From positions 8,458 through 72,457 of the forward strand of contig JAVERW010000004.1 of NCBI GenBank assembly GCA_034006915.1: DNA of 64,000 nucleotides, written 5' to 3'. The stretch comes from Desulfuromonadaceae bacterium. GTDB lineage: Bacteria > Desulfobacterota > Desulfuromonadia > Desulfuromonadales > Desulfuromonadaceae. A program made the position numbers and the translations under genes. Below the pieces are notes generated by a model that saw only the letters and a program-made list of their open reading frames with translations, ran no database searches and had not been told where the DNA came from. Below are positions 54,965 through 63,320 of this stretch, in pieces (positions within the stretch are counted from its first letter, which is position 1; every line of letters starts with the position of its first letter).

Positions 54965-56434
54965 TTGGGAAAATACGGTCTTAGTAAATCATTGATCCTA
55001 AAGGGCATGCAATGCCCGAAAGCGCTTTATCTCCAGAAGAACCCGCCAGACTTTGAATTTCCGCCACAGCCTGATCTTGAAGCCAGGTTCCGTGCCGGTC
55101 ATGAAGTCGGCATTCTCGCCCAGCAACTCTTCCCCGGCGGTACCGAAGTCCCCTTTGATGGGCTGTCGATTCCTGAACAGGTTGAGCAAACCCGGCAACT
55201 GATCGAATCGGGCGCCAAAGTTATATACGAAGCCTCGTTCGAGTACGATGGCATTTTCGTCAAGGTCGATATCCTGGTAAAGGACGGCGACGCCTGGCAA
55301 ATCCATGAAGTGAAAATGTCGACCTCGGTCAAGGAGGTCAACCTCAATGACGTGGCAATCCAGTTCTATGTGCTCGGTCAGTGCGGGCTGCTTATTTCGG
55401 GCGCGTACTTGGTGCATATCAATAACCAGTATGTACGGCAGGGGGAGATTGATGTGCAGCAGCTCTTTGCCAGTCAGGACGTGCTGGAAGAAGCTGTTAC
55501 GCGTCAGGCCGGTCTGCAGCAACTGATCGATGATCTGCGCGTCAGCTTGCAGGGTGACGAACCGCAGATTGATATCGGTCCGCATTGCAGCGATCCGTAC
55601 GACTGTGATTTTGCCCCATACTGCTGGCAGCATATCCCGGAGAACTCGATCTTTGATCTGCGTGGCAACGGGGTGAAGAAATGGAGCCTCTACGAGCAGG
55701 GCATTATCCGCTTCGATCAGATTCCCCTGGAGATGCTAAACAAGAACCAGCGCCACCAGGTTGAGGCTACTTTGAATCAGCAGAATTGCATTGACCCGCA
55801 GTCGGTGACAGCTTTTCTGGATACCCTCTGGTATCCGCTCTATCACCTCGATTTCGAAACCTTCAATGCTGCAATCCCCAAGTTTGACGGAACCCGCCCT
55901 TATCAGCAGGTGCCGTTCCAGTTTTCACTGCATGTTCAGCAGGAGGCCGGTGCCGAGCCGGAGCATTACGAATATCTCGCGGCGCCGGACGTTGACCCTC
56001 GGCGTGAACTGATTGAGCAGTTACTTGCTCTGATCCCTGAGGATGGTTGCGTCCTGACCTATAACCAGACGTTTGAGAAGGGGGTACTGCGAAACCTGGC
56101 GGAGTTGTTCCCCGATCTGGCTGATGCGATCAATAATCGTGTGGAGAATGTGCGTGACCTGATGGTGCCGTTCCGCAGGCGAGATGTTTACCGCTGGCAA
56201 ATGCGTGGCTCCTATTCGATCAAAGAAGTGCTTCCGGCGATGGTTCCTGAGCTTTCTTATTCAGGGATGGAGGTTGCCGACGGTATGGCGGCGATGCAGG
56301 CGTATCATGATATGTGTGCGTTGGGGCCTGGGGCGGAGCTGGAGCGATTGCGGGCGGCGATGCTGGAGTATTGTCAGTTGGATACGTTGGCTATGGTGAG
56401 GATATTGGGGGAGTTGGAGTATGTAATTAAGTAG
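54965..56434 (+). CDS. DUF2779-family protein (Cas4/RecB-like PD-(D/E)xK nuclease with Cys cluster)
   Basis: TTG start. N-terminus LSKSLILKGMQCPKALYLQK, EVKMS, Cys cluster HCSDPYDCDFAPYCW, C-terminal LEYCQLDTLAMVRI. Confidence 0.7.
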   Translation: MGKYGLSKSLILKGMQCPKALYLQKNPPDFEFPPQPDLEARFRAGHEVGILAQQLFPGGTEVPFDGLSIPEQVEQTRQLIESGAKVIYEASFEYDGIFVKVDILVKDGDAWQIHEVKMSTSVKEVNLNDVAIQFYVLGQCGLLISGAYLVHINNQYVRQGEIDVQQLFASQDVLEEAVTRQAGLQQLIDDLRVSLQGDEPQIDIGPHCSDPYDCDFAPYCWQHIPENSIFDLRGNGVKKWSLYEQGIIRFDQIPLEMLNKNQRHQVEATLNQQNCIDPQSVTAFLDTLWYPLYHLDFETFNAAIPKFDGTRPYQQVPFQFSLHVQQEAGAEPEHYEYLAAPDVDPRRELIEQLLALIPEDGCVLTYNQTFEKGVLRNLAELFPDLADAINNRVENVRDLMVPFRRRDVYRWQMRGSYSIKEVLPAMVPELSYSGMEVADGMAAMQAYHDMCALGPGAELERLRAAMLEYCQLDTLAMVRILGELEYVIK

Positions 56435-56498
56435 GGTGTCACCCGAATTCAAGTAGGGCGGCCCCGAATACCAAGATTATAGGTTGACGGAGGAAGTT

Positions 56499-58016
56499 AT
56501 GAGAATCGAAGAAGCTGTTGAATGTATGTCAAAGATCAACCTTCACCGTATCCTTGACAGCTATACCAAGGACACCCTCAAGCCAGATGAAGAGACCTCT
56601 CGCAGACGTATCATGTCCGACCGCGATCTCCTTCAAAACGCTGAAAACATTTCAAAAAGAATGCAGTTCTCTGGTGTTTCTTTTGACACAAAAGCGTTGG
56701 CCTTTTTTCTGGTCGAGACGCTTTTGGGTGCTGACCGATGCCAGCTTGATGAGCAAACAATTATTTCAAGCATTACCGACTATGAGAAAAAAATTATAGA
56801 TGAAGCCTCTCATCCCGATATTTTCAAATACAAAAACACTGATGCGGTGAATATCTACAAAACCGTGCTGGAAGTTGCGCTTGAAGATGATGTTATCAGT
56901 GACGATGAGAAACGTCTTCTTGGTAAGCTGAGAGCACATGTAGGCTTGTCACTTAACGACCACCACTTGATCCAAGCTAGTCTGAAAAAATTCCCTAAAT
57001 CCGGAAACGAAATCCATACAGAAAAAGAAATTAAAAATGGATTGACCGATTTACAGAGGCGTGGTGTCGTTTTTTACTGCAACCAATGTAACGGTGGCCC
57101 CGTCTATATGATTCCTGAAGAAATTGTTCCTGGGGTGAAACTAGTCGTTGGGCTTGAGTTATCCAAAGACGCTTATGCTCTTCTACTGGATAAGCTGACA
57201 GTAAATGCCCTTTGGCAAATTCTCGAAACAAATGGTTTGCCGACTTCCGGAAAAAAGGGCGAAAGAATTCAGAGGGTTCAAGGAGCAGACATCCAGCCGA
57301 GTTGTGCTTTAAACGCACTATCAAATGATGAGTTGTACGAACTGTGCAAGAAGCTTCCTGGTGTCAATGTCAGTGGTAGTAAGGCAACGCGAATCAGCAA
57401 TATCATTAGCCACTTTGACAAGCTACGGGTTGTGGCGTGTGACGAAACGTCTGACAGTCGAGAAAAATACTACGAGTATTATGTTGAACTTGCCACCCGT
57501 GACAGGGAAAACTTGCTCACCAATAAGGTGATCAGCAAAGACAAGGATATGGACTTAGCTTTTGAAGAGGGCACACGGTACCTTTTTGAGAAGAAGTTAG
57601 GTCTGATCCTTGAGCCGATGACAGGCAGCGAACATGCAGATGGAGTTTTGAAGCTCCCTAAATCGAAAGAATTGTTCATGTGGGATACAAAGAGCAAAGA
57701 GACCATGTATGAGTTCCCAAATGATCACTTCAATCAATTCAGGCGATATATCTTGAATTCTACTGAACGAGTAAATTGTTTCATGGTGATTGCTCCGAAA
57801 ATTTCGGACAAGGCCGATGAAAATGCGTACCGGCTTAAAACGCAATCTAGCTCGGATACCGATGTGTCTCTCATAAGTGCTGATGATCTCAAGTGGGTTG
57901 CTGGAAATTGGAGTTCATATTCGACTAACGGCAAGTTTTCTCTCGATGTTTTCAATTTTACGGGGGTGCTTGATCGTGGGAGTTTGAAGAAGAGGATGAA
58001 GATCTTTTTGAAGTAG
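56499..58016 (+). CDS. orphan multidomain nuclease: TerB-like motif, two SAP-like motifs, FokI-like PD-(D/E)xK cleavage domain
   Basis: ATG 56499 after GGAGGAAG. SAP-like LTVNALWQILETNGLPTSGKKGERIQRV and LSNDELYELCKKLPGVNVSGSKATRISNIISHF. The C-terminus YYEYYVELATRDRENLL...ADGVL...FMWDTKSK...NQFRRYILNS is colinear with the FokI cleavage domain (YIELIEIARN...PDGAI...VIVDTKAY...EMQRYVEEN). Confidence 0.6.
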   Translation: MRIEEAVECMSKINLHRILDSYTKDTLKPDEETSRRRIMSDRDLLQNAENISKRMQFSGVSFDTKALAFFLVETLLGADRCQLDEQTIISSITDYEKKIIDEASHPDIFKYKNTDAVNIYKTVLEVALEDDVISDDEKRLLGKLRAHVGLSLNDHHLIQASLKKFPKSGNEIHTEKEIKNGLTDLQRRGVVFYCNQCNGGPVYMIPEEIVPGVKLVVGLELSKDAYALLLDKLTVNALWQILETNGLPTSGKKGERIQRVQGADIQPSCALNALSNDELYELCKKLPGVNVSGSKATRISNIISHFDKLRVVACDETSDSREKYYEYYVELATRDRENLLTNKVISKDKDMDLAFEEGTRYLFEKKLGLILEPMTGSEHADGVLKLPKSKELFMWDTKSKETMYEFPNDHFNQFRRYILNSTERVNCFMVIAPKISDKADENAYRLKTQSSSDTDVSLISADDLKWVAGNWSSYSTNGKFSLDVFNFTGVLDRGSLKKRMKIFLK

Positions 58017-58130
58017 ACAGCGTCGGGGTCGGGACAGTTCCGTGGGGCAGTTTCACGGAAGCGTCCTCAAACCCGAATTACTCATAATGCTAATTAATTG
58101 ATGTGTGCCCGGGATTCCCGGACAAACGTT

Positions 58131-58327
58131 TGGAGAATGTGCGTGATCTTATGGTGCGGTTTCGCAGGTGGGATGGAGATCGCTGAAGGCATTGCAGCGA
58201 TGCAGGCTTATCATGATATGTGTGCGTTGGTGCCTGGCGCGAAGTTGGATTGATTGCGGACGGCTATGCTGGAGTATTGTCGGTTGGATTCGTTGGCAAT
58301 GGTTAGGATTTGGGGGGAGTTGATGTG
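58131..58327 (+). repeat. diverged, internally deleted duplicate of the DUF2779 gene 3-prime end
   Basis: Aligns by eye to 56142-56180 and 56266-56427, for example GCGATGCAGGCNTATCATGATATGTGTGCGTTGG and ATGCTGGAGTATTGTC. About 85 nt of the original is missing between the two blocks. Confidence 0.8.
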
Positions 58328-58421
58328 ACTATGAGAACAGCACGCGATCTTGCGATGAATAAATACATATAAATAATTGCTATTTTAAAAAGCCTGCACT
58401 CCAAAAATCGAGGGTAACTAG

Positions 58422-59807
58422 ATGAGCAAAGACATTCAGATTCTAAAATCTCGAGATGACAAAAATCCAGTGATGTTTCAATCTTCCGAAGAGGTAGATT
58501 TGTTTACCCTTGTTGAAGGTCTTGATTGTTCATGGATAAAGCAAGACCAACAGTTTGGCCCTGAAAAGTTGAGGCCACGTATTGAGCCTTGGCTGACGGC
58601 GCTATTTCAATCCGAACATCTTGCATTGCTGGCTGGATCAGGGCTTTCTCACGCAGTTCATCAAGTCGCAACAGGCTCTCTTCTTCCTGGGATGTCCAAG
58701 GTATCCTTCAGCAGCTACAACGCAGAAATAGAAACTAAAGCTAAAGAATCTGCTGAAGAATTAGGAAGAGCAGAAGGGAATATTGAGGATCAAATTCGCG
58801 TGGTAAATGAACTGTTACGTGGACTTGACATACTGGCAGCAAATAATGCTGATTTCAAGAAACCGTTTGAGGCTTTGGATGGTGAACTAAATACAATTCT
58901 TAGTGAATTTGCGACATCAATTCTCCAAGGTGAAAATGGATTAATTACTGCTAGCGAGGAAAAACGTGAAGATGCTTTTAACTACTTAGTTAGTTTCTTG
59001 ATGAGTTTTTCTAGTCGTACAGGAACACGTGACCGACTTCAAATCTTTACGACCAATTATGACCGTTTTATTGAGGCGGGCGCAGATATTGCTGGACTTC
59101 ATCTTCTTGATCGTTTTGTTGGTTCTTTGACACCAATCTTTCGATCCTCACGGTTGGATGTTGATATGCACTATAATCCACCGGGAATCCGTGGTGAACC
59201 TCGATATCTTGAAGGAGTAGCGAGATTCACAAAACTACATGGGTCCCTGGATTGGGTCAGCTCAGAATCTCAGATTAGACGGTTTGGGCTTCCCTTCGGA
59301 GCAGATAAAGTTGAACCGTACCTAGGTGCCCCTGGTCTTTACGGGGCAAAGTCGTTGGATCTAATGATTTACCCAAACGCAGCTAAAGATCGAGAAACTT
59401 CTGCATACCCATACGTTGAATTGTTCAGAGATTTTGCCGCAACTGTTTGTCGTCCCAATAGCACACTGGTCTTGTTTGGATATAGCTTCGGTGATGAGCA
59501 CATTAATCGAGTTATTGAAGATATGTTAACTATCCCTTCAACACACTTGGTTGTTTTTTCGCATAGTGATCCTCTTGGGAGAATTATGAGTACCTACAAA
59601 AAACTTGGACGCCATGCGCAGATTACTTTGATGATTGGGACTCACTTGGGTGACCTTAGAACAGTTGTAGACAACTACCTACCGAAACCGGCTATTGATC
59701 GAACGACATTTAAAATGGGCGAGTTACTAAAGGCGAGATGGGGTACAGGTCAAGCTGATACACCTGAAGCCAGCAAAGAAGTGGATGCGGGGTGGTCTGA
59801 TGAGTAA
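58422..59807 (+). CDS. SIR2-like (SIR2_2 family) protein of a Sir2-HerA defence pair
   Basis: LALLAGSGLSHAV, IFTTNYDRFIE, KLHGSLDW, LVLFGYSFGDEHINRVI. Overlaps the herA start by 8 nt. Confidence 0.75.
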   Translation: MSKDIQILKSRDDKNPVMFQSSEEVDLFTLVEGLDCSWIKQDQQFGPEKLRPRIEPWLTALFQSEHLALLAGSGLSHAVHQVATGSLLPGMSKVSFSSYNAEIETKAKESAEELGRAEGNIEDQIRVVNELLRGLDILAANNADFKKPFEALDGELNTILSEFATSILQGENGLITASEEKREDAFNYLVSFLMSFSSRTGTRDRLQIFTTNYDRFIEAGADIAGLHLLDRFVGSLTPIFRSSRLDVDMHYNPPGIRGEPRYLEGVARFTKLHGSLDWVSSESQIRRFGLPFGADKVEPYLGAPGLYGAKSLDLMIYPNAAKDRETSAYPYVELFRDFAATVCRPNSTLVLFGYSFGDEHINRVIEDMLTIPSTHLVVFSHSDPLGRIMSTYKKLGRHAQITLMIGTHLGDLRTVVDNYLPKPAIDRTTFKMGELLKARWGTGQADTPEASKEVDAGWSDE

Positions 59808-62049
59808 AACCCTCTTCGAACATGCTGGAACATTGCGTATTGGTTCTGTGGACTTTGTATCACCAGATGAAATCAAAGTTTTACTTGATATTGAGGCCCC
59901 TGACTCAGTCGCACTAAACACTGGTGGGCCCATGCCCTTCCCAAGGGTAAATAGTTACGTTTTGATCCCAGTTGATGATGGCTACCTTGTTGGCCAAATC
60001 GAATGGCTCACCGTGGAACGATCTTCTTTCCCTAAACGTCGTGGCATGCAAGATTTTGGAGTTATAGATATGCCATATCCACTACGGCGTATGAGCCTGA
60101 ATCCACTTGGAACACTCAGGAAGAGATCGAACAGGACCGAAAAATATGTATTTCGTCGTGGTGCAGATGCGTTTCCGTCTATTGGTTCAGGAGTCCTGCT
60201 TCCAACAGATACACAGCTGCGTTCTATAGTCGAATCCGGTGATAGACGTAGAGTTAAGCTTGGGACAAGCCCTTTAGCGGGGCACGCTGAAGTTTGTGTG
60301 GACCCGGATCGTATTTTCGGTCGGCATCTTGCGGTGCTTGGGAATACTGGAAGCGGTAAATCATGTACAGTTTCGGGTTTGATCCATTGGTCGCTAGAAC
60401 AAGCACAAGCGTTCAGTGGGAAAACACCCAATGCACGTTTTATAGTCCTAGACCCCAATGGAGAATACGCGAATGCTTTTGGTGATACTGCTAGAATCTT
60501 TCAAGTTAACTCGGAGACGAATCCACTCAAAGTTCCGTTATGGTTTTGGAATAGTGCTGAGTGGTGCGCTTTTACACATGCAAGCGCTAGAGCTCAAGTA
60601 CCTCTGATTAAGCGGGCTCTTCGTTCGATGCGAAACGAAGAATTTGAAGTCAGTGACAATATTGATATTGCAGCTAAACGGTTTCTGGGGATCATTCTTC
60701 AATCCATTATCTCTAGTAAAAATTCTGGAGAGCCATTCTATAAGGAGTTTCCTGATGCCAAAAACTTCATGGACCGCTTGTCTCTTTGGAGTACAAGCGT
60801 TGGTGAATACGATGAAATAATAGATTTTGATTTAAGCGAATTACGCAGAACACTCGATGAGTCGGTTGCTGCGCACAAAGTCAAGCAGCCTAATGGTTGG
60901 ATTAATTATTCAGTCTTTTTGGCTAGTGAAGTTGACGCGTTGATCGATTGTCTACGAACCACCTACGAGGGCCTCGGAGGAAGTCCCAACGATTTATTGC
61001 CTAAAAATGAAGATGTACCAGTAAAGTTTCCTGGAAACATCTTCGTTGATTTTCTCGAAGGTCTTGCTCAAGAAACAGGCAACGAACAATATGTAGAATT
61101 TCTGCTCGCGCGTATAAGAACCATGCTGGCAGATACTAGGATGAGTTCTGTTATCAGTGATGATGAGGACATTACGCTAGAAAGTTGGTTGATGCAATAT
61201 ATTGGAGGTAGTACAGGTGAAGGTGGATGCGTTTCTGTTATAGATCTCTCCCTAGTTCCAGCAGAGATAATCCACCTAGTTACATCAGTGATTTCGAGAA
61301 TGTGCTTTGAGTCATTGCAACGTTATCGAAAGTTGAAAGCGAAAACGCTGCCCACTGTTTTGGTTATGGAGGAAGCACACACATTCATCAAAAAGTATCG
61401 TGAAAATTCAGAAGATCAAAACGTTTCAGCTATCTGCTGCCAAGTCTTTGAGAAGATAGCCCGTGAGGGCCGTAAATTTGGACTTGGGCTAGTTCTCTCA
61501 TCTCAACGACCTTCCGAGTTGTCACCTACTGTACTCTCTCAGTGCAATACGTTCCTCTTGCATAGAATTAGCAACGATAGAGACCAAGAATTAGTCCACA
61601 AGTTGGTTCCCGACAATCTCAGAGGTCTTCTCAGAGAGCTTCCATCTTTGCCTTCACAAAATGCTATTCTGCTAGGTTGGGCTTCCGAACTACCGGTTCT
61701 GGTAAGAATGAATGATTTGCCGAAATCTCATCAGCCTCATTCGGCAGATCCAGACTATTGGGATGTCTGGGTAGGTCAGGACGAAGATGGCAGTATGGTC
61801 AAACGAGATGTTAATTGGAAGGAAATATCTTCTGAATGGCAGAATAAAATGCTTACTGAAGAGCAATGTATTCACTGTGAAGATTTCCTTACAGAGCAAG
61901 AAAGCGAGTTTTGCAATACCGGTGGTGTAGAGTGTTGTGATTGTATTTGCACTAAGTGTTTAAAGGCTTATGTGAATTGCTCGGGTTGCGGATGCAAAAC
62001 TCAAAATGAAGACATTTGTGATGTTTGCAGAGATCATATAGAAGATTAA
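59800..62049 (+). CDS. herA: HerA/DUF87-type ATPase of a Sir2-HerA pair, with C-terminal Cys-rich extension
   Basis: ATG 59800. N-terminal barrel-like GTLRIGSVDFVSPDEIKVLLD, Walker A LAVLGNTGSGKSCTVSGL, Walker B VLVMEEAHTF. The last 60 aa contain 13 Cys. Confidence 0.8.
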   Translation: MSKTLFEHAGTLRIGSVDFVSPDEIKVLLDIEAPDSVALNTGGPMPFPRVNSYVLIPVDDGYLVGQIEWLTVERSSFPKRRGMQDFGVIDMPYPLRRMSLNPLGTLRKRSNRTEKYVFRRGADAFPSIGSGVLLPTDTQLRSIVESGDRRRVKLGTSPLAGHAEVCVDPDRIFGRHLAVLGNTGSGKSCTVSGLIHWSLEQAQAFSGKTPNARFIVLDPNGEYANAFGDTARIFQVNSETNPLKVPLWFWNSAEWCAFTHASARAQVPLIKRALRSMRNEEFEVSDNIDIAAKRFLGIILQSIISSKNSGEPFYKEFPDAKNFMDRLSLWSTSVGEYDEIIDFDLSELRRTLDESVAAHKVKQPNGWINYSVFLASEVDALIDCLRTTYEGLGGSPNDLLPKNEDVPVKFPGNIFVDFLEGLAQETGNEQYVEFLLARIRTMLADTRMSSVISDDEDITLESWLMQYIGGSTGEGGCVSVIDLSLVPAEIIHLVTSVISRMCFESLQRYRKLKAKTLPTVLVMEEAHTFIKKYRENSEDQNVSAICCQVFEKIAREGRKFGLGLVLSSQRPSELSPTVLSQCNTFLLHRISNDRDQELVHKLVPDNLRGLLRELPSLPSQNAILLGWASELPVLVRMNDLPKSHQPHSADPDYWDVWVGQDEDGSMVKRDVNWKEISSEWQNKMLTEEQCIHCEDFLTEQESEFCNTGGVECCDCICTKCLKAYVNCSGCGCKTQNEDICDVCRDHIED

Positions 62050-62072
62050 TTACAAACTGACTATTCAAAATC

Positions 62073-63320
62073 ATGCGTATTATACATACATCTGACATCC
62101 ACCTTGGAAAAACCTATCGCAACTCTTCTGGCGAGGTGGTGCGCTACATCGATTTTTTTGCATGTCTTTCCGGTATTGTCGATGATGCAATTCAGGGGAA
62201 AGTCAAAGCAGTCCTGATCGGCGGTGATCTGTTCCACGTCGGTCAGATTCTGCCGAAAACCTTCGCTAGAACGATTGAAACCCTACAACCCCTTAAAGAC
62301 GCAAACATCCCCTGCATTGCCATTGAGGGCAACCACGACTGGATTCATCGTCGTGACAACATCTCGTGGATGGAAGCGCTATCTCAGATGGGTTACATCA
62401 AGCTGTTGCGCCCCTCTCGAACTGAAGACGGCGGCTACCGCTTCGATCCCTTCGACGAAGAGACCGGTATGGGTGGCCATGTCGAAATCGATGGCGTCAA
62501 TATCTATGGCCTTGGCTATATCGGTGCCCAGGCTGGCAGTCATGTCGAACGCATCTGTGAAGCGGTCACCACGGAGAACAACCTGCTGCTCTTCCACGTT
62601 GGTATTTGGAGTTACTCGCCGGTCGAGATCGGCAACATGAAGCTCGAAGAGGCGCATCCATTGGCCGATAAATTCGGCTATGTCGCCCTCGGTCACGGTC
62701 ACAAACCCTACGTCATCGAATCCCCGGAGAAAAAACCCTACGCCTTTAATCCCGGTTCCCCGGAACGGGTCAACTTCGGTGAAGAGAAGTACGACAAGGG
62801 CTACTACCTCGTCACCTATGAAAATGGTGAATTCAGCCCGGAATTCAGGAATACTTCACCGCGTCCGATGTTTGTAGAAACGATTGATCTGAGTGGTGCC
62901 GAAAATGCCGATCAGGCCCTCAACATGTTTCGTGAGCAAGTTGTTGCCAAGGTTGAAAGCTCGAGTGATGAGCGTCAACCACTGCTGGAACTGAAGCTAG
63001 TAGGTCGCGTTGGCTTCCATCCTTTTGAGCTGGGTCGTGAACGCCTGAAGGCTGTTCTTGAGGATCTGCTCAATCCTCTGCATGTCGAGATCAAAAACCA
63101 TCTCTCACTGGTCAGCAGCACCGACGAAGGGGATGGGGTCAAGAAAAGCCTGGAGGAGATCGAGCAGGAGGTCCTGCGTGACCTGATCAAAACCGGCAGC
63201 GACTACCAGGGACGTGAAGTTGAATTGATCCGCCTCTCCATCACACTGAAGAATGCCGTACAAAAGGGTGATGTCGATGGAGATGAACTGCTTGACCTTC
63301 TGAACGCGGAGGGGAATTGA
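62073..63320 (+). CDS. sbcD: SbcD/Mre11-family nuclease
   Basis: MRIIHTSDIHLGK, GGDLFH, IEGNHD, GHGH metallophosphoesterase motifs. Starts 23 nt after the herA stop. Confidence 0.8.
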   Translation: MRIIHTSDIHLGKTYRNSSGEVVRYIDFFACLSGIVDDAIQGKVKAVLIGGDLFHVGQILPKTFARTIETLQPLKDANIPCIAIEGNHDWIHRRDNISWMEALSQMGYIKLLRPSRTEDGGYRFDPFDEETGMGGHVEIDGVNIYGLGYIGAQAGSHVERICEAVTTENNLLLFHVGIWSYSPVEIGNMKLEEAHPLADKFGYVALGHGHKPYVIESPEKKPYAFNPGSPERVNFGEEKYDKGYYLVTYENGEFSPEFRNTSPRPMFVETIDLSGAENADQALNMFREQVVAKVESSSDERQPLLELKLVGRVGFHPFELGRERLKAVLEDLLNPLHVEIKNHLSLVSSTDEGDGVKKSLEEIEQEVLRDLIKTGSDYQGREVELIRLSITLKNAVQKGDVDGDELLDLLNAEGN

